Part shown: positions 7,203 through 11,198 of the stretch, piece after piece
Position numbering within the stretch: position 1 is the first letter of the stretch
How the letters are laid out: each line of letters starts with the position of its first letter
Virus record (IMG/VR): IMGVR_UViG_2734482782_000002
Span: 1-11,198 of that record
From: a virus
Lineage: Duplodnaviria > Heunggongvirae > Uroviricota > Caudoviricetes
Direction: 5' to 3' (one strand)
Length of the DNA: 11,198 bases
Program-made: the position numbers and the translations under genes
Notes under the pieces: generated by a model
Seen by the model: only the letters and a program-made list of their open reading frames with translations
Database searches by the model: none
Told to the model about the DNA's origin: nothing

Positions 7203-7491
7203 GGCTGACCTCCTGCCCGAAAGCCAGGGCATCTTCCAATTCATTAGCGGCATAAATCAGGGCGTTGTGATGCGCGCGAAAACCACCATCAAGTTCGCGA
7301 GCAGCTCTGTCGCGCAAGATGTCGATCGCAGCCTGATAGTCATTCTGGTAATCGGCCGAACTGGCCGGCAGCTCCGCCAGCACCATCAACATGTTTTCCG
7401 GGTCGATGGGAATGGTGGCGAGCCCGAGCTCTTTGGCCTCCGCTGCTAAACGGGTCCAGCGTTCAATAATTCCAGTGGTACCTTTTTTCAT
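7192..7491 (-). CDS. hypothetical phage early protein (99 aa)
   Basis: ORF with GAGG upstream of ATG 7491. Its stop overlaps the xis start by 11 nt (translational coupling). Function not recognised. Confidence 0.6.
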   Translation of the reverse strand: MKKGTTGIIERWTRLAAEAKELGLATIPIDPENMLMVLAELPASSADYQNDYQAAIDILRDRAARELDGGFRAHHNALIYAANELEDALAFGQEVSHES

Positions 7492-7499
7492 GGCATACC

Positions 7500-7595
7500 T
7501 CAGAAACCTATCAAAAATTTATACTCAATCAGCGCGCCGAAAACGACGGCCACCAGCAATAGGCCAAACAGCATAGAGAGGAAGAAATACTTCAT
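7500..7595 (-). CDS. 31-aa hydrophobic single-helix peptide (MKYFFLSMLFGLLLVAVVFGALIEYKFLIGF)
   Basis: Not in the ORF track (too short); translated by hand from the minus strand. Its ATG overlaps the TGA of the upstream gene (ATGA at 7592-7595), GAGG lies 7 nt upstream, and it fills the gap between two flanking genes exactly. Predicted single transmembrane helix. Confidence 0.45.
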   Translation of the reverse strand: MKYFFLSMLFGLLLVAVVFGALIEYKFLIGF

Positions 7596-7816
7596 CGTGA
7601 TGCCTCACGAAAAACAGCTCTGTATGCACGCAGCATGTCCCGTGACTTGCCGGATAAAACTGTCCTCAGGAAGAACATCCCGCTACGGGTTGCCACGATG
7701 CCGGGTGTGTGTAGCAGCGTGAAATCTACCACTCTGCTATGTTTTCGGAACTCAAACAGAGTGCTTGTGATAACGATGTTCGCCACGGCGCCATAGTCCT
7801 GATGTTGAATTTTCAT
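7592..7816 (-). CDS. hypothetical phage early protein (74 aa)
   Basis: ATGA start/stop overlap with the upstream gene at 7813-7816; AAGGA 6 nt upstream of the ATG. Confidence 0.55.
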   Translation of the reverse strand: MKIQHQDYGAVANIVITSTLFEFRKHSRVVDFTLLHTPGIVATRSGMFFLRTVLSGKSRDMLRAYRAVFREASR

Positions 7817-8034
7817 TTTCTGTCCTTCAGTTTGCTGTATCGTTCATGGCTCATTACTTCCCAGTTCTGGCTGCCGTCTCGGGACAGCAGTCGCCAGCGG
7901 CGATTAACCCTCAGGCTCAGATTTCCGGAGCCGTGCATTCGGCAGGGATGAATTCGCTTGGCTCTGAACTGGCGGAGTACATGGACCGCCTGCAGGTGTA
8001 CCCACTCAGGTATTCGTATCGCTGTCAGGGCCAT
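7813..8034 (-). CDS. hypothetical basic protein (73 aa)
   Basis: ORF track 7813..8157. Preferred start is the internal ATG at 8034, preceded by AGGAGAGAAGGACA. The longer version would overlap the next gene extensively in another frame. Confidence 0.45.
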   Translation of the reverse strand: MALTAIRIPEWVHLQAVHVLRQFRAKRIHPCRMHGSGNLSLRVNRRWRLLSRDGSQNWEVMSHERYSKLKDRK

Positions 8035-8218
8035 TGTCCTTCTCTCCTGCAGGTGGGGTGATCGTGTAACCGGCGCGTTCAGCCATCCATAAAAAAGTCT
8101 CCAGCGATGCTGTAACCTCTCCGTTCTGAACCGGGCGCGCGTGGATAACTTTCCCATTCTCGATTGTCAGCACGATATTTACTGGTTCGTGCGTGATAAT
8201 TGGTGTCTGATCACTCAT
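8006..8218 (-). CDS. hypothetical phage early protein (70 aa)
   Basis: ORF track 8006..8275. Preferred start ATG 8218 (MSDQTPII...) with GGAGA 6 nt upstream, immediately after the stop of the upstream gene. Confidence 0.5.
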   Translation of the reverse strand: MSDQTPIITHEPVNIVLTIENGKVIHARPVQNGEVTASLETFLWMAERAGYTITPPAGEKDNGPDSDTNT

Positions 8219-8576
8219 GGCTTGTCTCCGCTGTGACTGATTTTTGTTTCTTGGCAAACTCGACCAGCTCAGCAATGAGATCGTCGATTAATGCCTTTCC
8301 GCTTTCTGTCAGGAACTCACCGCTGCCATTCACATCTACGGCGTTGCTGTAAATTCCTCTGATGGCTTTTACGCCGTCGACATTCCCGTATTCACTGAGA
8401 GCCAGCTTTTCGAATCGTCTCAACAGACCATCAAGCAGTATTTCTGTTAATTCGACTGTGTTTATTCCACCCTTAGGCATATTAATAATGATGCAGGTGC
8501 TTCCGGTTTTACGCTGGTGGCGAAATAACGCAGCCTTTAAAATTCTTCGGCGATACGTATTGATTAAGTTATTCAC
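8211..8576 (-). CDS. hypothetical phage early protein (about 121 aa)
   Basis: ORF track 8211..8597 (GTG). An alternative GTG at 8576 has GAGGA 8 nt upstream and overlaps the stop of the preceding gene. Start uncertain; function not recognised. Confidence 0.5.
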   Translation of the reverse strand: MNNLINTYRRRILKAALFRHQRKTGSTCIIINMPKGGINTVELTEILLDGLLRRFEKLALSEYGNVDGVKAIRGIYSNAVDVNGSGEFLTESGKALIDDLIAELVEFAKKQKSVTAETSHE

Positions 8577-8760
8577 GTCGCTTTTCCTCTTCTTCACACC
8601 AGTACAATAAATTTGCCGAAGCGTTAAGAGCCATTCCTAGTAATGATTCCTTTTGATTTTTGCTTAACTCATTATTGCTTGTTACTATTTCTAGGATGGT
8701 GTTAAGGTTCTCCGCCTCTAAAAGGATTTCATCTATCCCTGCTGTTTTGGGGTTCCACAT
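8569..8760 (-). CDS. hypothetical small acidic protein (63 aa)
   Basis: ATG 8760 preceded by GGGAG with a 7-nt spacer. AT-rich coding sequence. Confidence 0.5.
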   Translation of the reverse strand: MWNPKTAGIDEILLEAENLNTILEIVTSNNELSKNQKESLLGMALNASANLLYWCEEEEKRRE

Positions 8761-8867
8761 TTACAATCTCCCATATGCTTTTTTAAGATAAAGTCGAGCG
8801 ATTACCTCATAACCACACGCCGCATAAAGGCATGCTGTTCTATATGCCGTTTTATCTTTGATGAAAG

Positions 8868-9254
8868 TCATATGAAGTGCCTCACAGCCAAAGAGGCGAC
8901 AACCCTTCCGTGTATACGCATGTCTTTTTGCTCATCCGCATTAAGCGTGAAAGTTTGGTAATGTAGATTGTCAGAAATAATCTTCAGCGCCCCGTCCGGA
9001 AAGGGTTCTATTCGCTTGATGAACAGGCAGTTACGGCCAAAAACATCGACCGTAAAAACATAGATGCCGGGTGTAAAAGCGCGCCCTCCACAATCAACGA
9101 AAGCTACAACCTCACAGGGTTCGATAGTCGGCTGCATTGAATCACCTTCCATCCTGCAGCTCTTAACTCTGTTTCCAAAATCATTAATATTGTCAGAGCC
9201 GAACAGCATTTGTGGTGCTTTAATTGGCTCGTTAAAAGAAAGTGAATTTTGCAT
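8868..9254 (-). CDS. standalone S24 (LexA/UmuD-like) peptidase-domain protein without an HTH domain
   Basis: ORF track 8868..9260; start probably the ATG at 9254 (GAGGAA 8 nt upstream). Contains GDSMQPT (Ser nucleophile motif) and a downstream ...FIKRIEP... (Lys of the Ser/Lys dyad), spaced as in the LexA/UmuD/cI C-terminal fold. No N-terminal DNA-binding domain. Confidence 0.6.
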   Translation of the reverse strand: MQNSLSFNEPIKAPQMLFGSDNINDFGNRVKSCRMEGDSMQPTIEPCEVVAFVDCGGRAFTPGIYVFTVDVFGRNCLFIKRIEPFPDGALKIISDNLHYQTFTLNADEQKDMRIHGRVVASLAVRHFI

Positions 9255-9315
9255 TTTCATTTCCTCGGGGTGAATTTGGTCACACCATTTAAGGTGTTTT
9301 ATTAATTATTTTTAT

Positions 9316-9534
9316 TTATAATGATTTAATTTCGAAGTTATTTATTTGTTCGTTTACTTCTTCTAATGTTTTTACAACTAAAGTAATTAATGCGTGTTCT
9401 CTTATTTCTTCCTCGGATGTCATTTTTTCAAGGAGTAACCATAATGAAGATGAACAACAAGTTATATCGTGCGCCCAACTCATGACCATAGAGCTTGTTT
9501 CATCTTTATTGAGAACTACAGTATCAGTTATCAT
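9316..9534 (-). CDS. hypothetical phage early protein (72 aa)
   Basis: ATGA overlap with the stop of the upstream gene (9531-9534); GGAGA 7 nt upstream. Very AT-rich 3' half. Confidence 0.5.
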   Translation of the reverse strand: MITDTVVLNKDETSSMVMSWAHDITCCSSSLWLLLEKMTSEEEIREHALITLVVKTLEEVNEQINNFEIKSL

Positions 9535-9746
9535 TGTTTGTTCTCCGGCCAGTCATGCCCGATTTCGCGATTTATAACTGAAAGATTTTTCTTTAATTGG
9601 TTGATGCAAATTTGAATGAGGGCTGCTGGCTTATAGCCAGTATCTGGATCAGATTCGGCATATTCAAGCACGTTTACCACGCGATCAATATCCATAGCTA
9701 GCTTGTGGATGGGACCATTTTCAGATACCAATTGTTGAGTGCTCAT
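9531..9746 (-). CDS. hypothetical protein, first gene of the leftward early operon (71 aa)
   Basis: ATG 9746 preceded by GGAGCAGGAAG; lies about 30 nt downstream of the predicted leftward promoter and operator. Confidence 0.55.
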   Translation of the reverse strand: MSTQQLVSENGPIHKLAMDIDRVVNVLEYAESDPDTGYKPAALIQICINQLKKNLSVINREIGHDWPENKQ

Positions 9747-9774
9747 CTTCCTGCTCCGTTTACTTGTTGATGAT

Positions 9775-9806
9775 TAAACAATACATAACGTATTAACAAG
9801 CGTCAA
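9775..9806 (-). promoter_or_regulatory. leftward early promoter (PL-like) with overlapping operator
   Basis: On the minus strand: TTGACG (-35, plus-strand 9801-9806), 17-nt spacer, TATTGT (-10, plus-strand 9778-9783). The 13-nt motif TACGTTATGTATT (plus-strand 9780-9792) overlaps the -10 and is identical to a motif in the cI-cro intergenic region. Confidence 0.5.
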
Positions 9807-9886
9807 TACAAAACGGATTAATCTGATGTATTAATTTTTATCTAGATGTTTATTAAGGCTTTTTTGTTCTATTTCGTGACGGAGGG

Positions 9887-9910
9887 AATAAAAAAAGCCG
9901 CTTTCGCGGC
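9887..9910 (-). terminator. rho-independent terminator downstream of the repressor gene
   Basis: On the minus strand GCCGC-GAAA-GCGGC followed by a run of seven T, starting 7 nt after the cI stop codon (9918-9920). Confidence 0.75.
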
Positions 9911-9917
9911 TTGTGCA

Positions 9918-10622
9918 CTATGGCAGGTTGGTTATTTTTGCATCGACCACGACGCCGATAATACGGCAATTACCATTTATGGGAATGATCGGGTATTGAG
10001 GGTTTAACGGCTTGAGGAATCGTTGACCAGCATCGATAACCAGCTTTTTGAAGGTGGCCTCGTTATCCCCATCGAGCTTAGCGACAACTAACTTTCCGTT
10101 GATGGGTTCAACCTGAGGATCGACCAGTATAACCATGCCTTCAGGAATGCTAAGCCCAGCTGGCGATGTCATCGAATCCCCTCTGACATCTAACCAGAAT
10201 GAATCTTCTGAACATTCCACGGTTGTATCATACCAGCGGTCGACCGCGCGCCTATGATATGGTTCTACTGCTTCCATCCAATCCCCTGCGCTGACCCAAC
10301 TGATTACGGGGTAGCGTCCTTTCGATTCATTCATGGCGTGAAATGACACATTGTGATCAGCTCTTGCGTCGCTCACTGCGCCGTCAGCGTCAACCACAAA
10401 ACCTGGCATTTGTAGAATTTTAAAAATTTTTGCTATGACCTCCAGGTTAGGTTCACGTCTTCCGTTCAGCCAATGGCCTAGCCCACCCTGTGTCATACCG
10501 AGTGCTTCAGCTAGCTGTTCTTGAGTCATTCCGACTTCTTTCATCCTGGATTTCGCCAGGTCCTGCCATCTCTGTTTCATAGACATGATTATTACAATCC
10601 GTATTTTTTGAGCAACTTCCAT
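9918..10622 (-). CDS. cI: prophage repressor, lambda cI-like (N-terminal XRE-type HTH plus C-terminal S24 autopeptidase domain)
   Basis: C-terminal ...GDSMTSPAGLSIPEGMVILVDP...ATFKKLV...FLKPLNPQYPIIP... closely resembles the lambda cI C-terminal domain as recalled. N-terminal ...MTQEQLAEALGMTQGGLGHWLNGRREP... is a helix-turn-helix. Start may be the ATG at 10622 (no SD, possibly leaderless) or the internal ATG near 10586. Confidence 0.9.
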   Translation of the reverse strand: MEVAQKIRIVIIMSMKQRWQDLAKSRMKEVGMTQEQLAEALGMTQGGLGHWLNGRREPNLEVIAKIFKILQMPGFVVDADGAVSDARADHNVSFHAMNESKGRYPVISWVSAGDWMEAVEPYHRRAVDRWYDTTVECSEDSFWLDVRGDSMTSPAGLSIPEGMVILVDPQVEPINGKLVVAKLDGDNEATFKKLVIDAGQRFLKPLNPQYPIIPINGNCRIIGVVVDAKITNLP

Positions 10623-10623
10623 T

Positions 10624-10668
10624 TTGTATTATTGTTTTATGTGTGTATAGTACGTTATGTATTATTTA
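10624..10668 (+). promoter_or_regulatory. rightward early promoter (PR-like) with operator, in the cI-cro intergenic region
   Basis: TTGTAT (10624-10629), 16-nt spacer, TATAGT (10646-10651), immediately followed by TACGTTATGTATT (10651-10663). Related ATGTATTA-type half-motifs recur in the region. Confidence 0.5.
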
Positions 10669-10684
10669 GATAGGAACTATCCGA

Positions 10685-10909
10685 ATGAGCGGTATTAAGA
10701 GCCTAAGGCTGAAAGCAAAAGTGACCCAGGGGGAGCTGGCAGCGTTGATCGCTAGCTCTCAAGGGGCCGTTAGCCACTACGAAACTGGTCGCCGAATCCC
10801 AGATATTGAAGTTGGGAAACGCATTGTGAGCGCCTTTAAGCAGCTCGGATATGAAACCAGTCTGGATGAGGTTTTTTCCGATGAACATACCGGAGAGCAA
10901 CTTCGATAA
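10685..10909 (+). CDS. cro: Cro-like HTH transcriptional regulator (XRE family)
   Basis: 74-aa ORF transcribed divergently from cI. HTH segment ...VTQGELAALIASSQGAVSHYETGRR.... AGGAA 8 nt upstream of the ATG. Confidence 0.8.
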   Translation: MSGIKSLRLKAKVTQGELAALIASSQGAVSHYETGRRIPDIEVGKRIVSAFKQLGYETSLDEVFSDEHTGEQLR

Positions 10910-11198
10910 CGCATTGCTGCCGGATACCCACTCAAAAGCTGATGCCGAGTGGATCAAGCAGCAGTTACTTAGCCTGACACCAACTGCACGACAAAAAGCT
11001 ATCCAGCGTTATGCAGCTGTGTATCAGGAGACGTTCGAAGCTGAACCCGTTTCCTACCGCAAGGAGAACCGGGCAAGGCATGAAGCAAACACAAGGCTTC
11101 GCCTGTTTGTGAGAAATCAGGGCAGAGCTTTACAGGGGTATACCGCCGAACCTCCCCTGGCTGGAACGCAATCGCGCTCCTCATTGTTTCGGGTTTAA
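10881..11198 (+). CDS. hypothetical early-right operon protein (cII position), function unknown
   Basis: ORF track 10851..11198. The chosen ATG at 10881 overlaps the cro 3' end by 29 nt; start uncertain. Stop codon TAA is the last three bases of the window. Family not recognised. Confidence 0.45.
   Translation: MNIPESNFDNALLPDTHSKADAEWIKQQLLSLTPTARQKAIQRYAAVYQETFEAEPVSYRKENRARHEANTRLRLFVRNQGRALQGYTAEPPLAGTQSRSSLFRV

Larger units (their letters stand above)
5707..11198 (-). mobile_element. lambdoid prophage, left arm (attR, int, xis, early-left genes, immunity region); continues beyond window end
   Basis: att core copy, then integrase, excisionase, a coupled small-gene operon, cI-like repressor, divergent cro-like gene and shared operator motifs, in canonical lambdoid order. 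Confidence 0.7.

Noticed and set aside
7021-9273. Plus-strand ORFs 7021..7449, 7391..7576, 7739..7951, 7846..8061, 8362..8610 and 9064..9273
   Set aside because: Each is antisense to minus-strand genes that have Shine-Dalgarno sequences and coupled start/stop overlaps. The plus-strand ORFs lack such signals.
9282-9300. Weak plus-strand hairpin ACACC-ATTTAA-GGTGT followed by a T-rich tract, upstream of the S24-domain gene
   Set aside because: The stem is only 5 bp and AT-rich, and no plus-strand gene ends here. More likely incidental structure in an AT-rich spacer.
10703-11184. Minus-strand ORFs 10703..10957 and 10999..11184
   Set aside because: They are antisense to the cro-like gene and the following rightward gene, in a region where rightward early transcription is expected.
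1-11198. CRISPR arrays, rRNA genes, IS elements with terminal inverted repeats
   Set aside because: No regularly spaced direct repeats, rRNA-like conserved sequence or transposase with flanking inverted repeats were seen. The only periodic structure is the protein-level repeat array in the autotransporter.

Overview
The window spans a junction between two horizontally acquired regions. Positions 1-5600 hold an AT-rich gene split by a frameshift in an A8 tract (its second half shows pentapeptide-like periodicity), a decayed Pin/Gin/Hin-type DNA invertase remnant, and a large AIDA-I/Ag43-type autotransporter gene broken into three ORFs by single-base indels in A5 and G5 runs. After a terminator hairpin comes a 36-nt copy of the tmRNA (ssrA) 3' end on the minus strand, which I read as the attR core of a lambdoid prophage. 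The prophage left arm (5707 to window end) is all leftward: tyrosine integrase, overlapping excisionase-like gene, a translationally coupled array of about ten small genes (including a 31-aa hydrophobic peptide and a standalone S24 peptidase-domain protein), then a lambda cI-like repressor with its terminator, a divergent cro-like gene and one rightward early gene. An identical 13-nt motif sits in inverted orientation over both divergent early promoters, consistent with shared operators. No intact tRNA, rRNA, CRISPR array or IS element was seen. The best candidate for an undescribed system is the small-gene module between the excisionase and the leftward promoter. All homology statements are from reading the translations and from memory; no searches were run.
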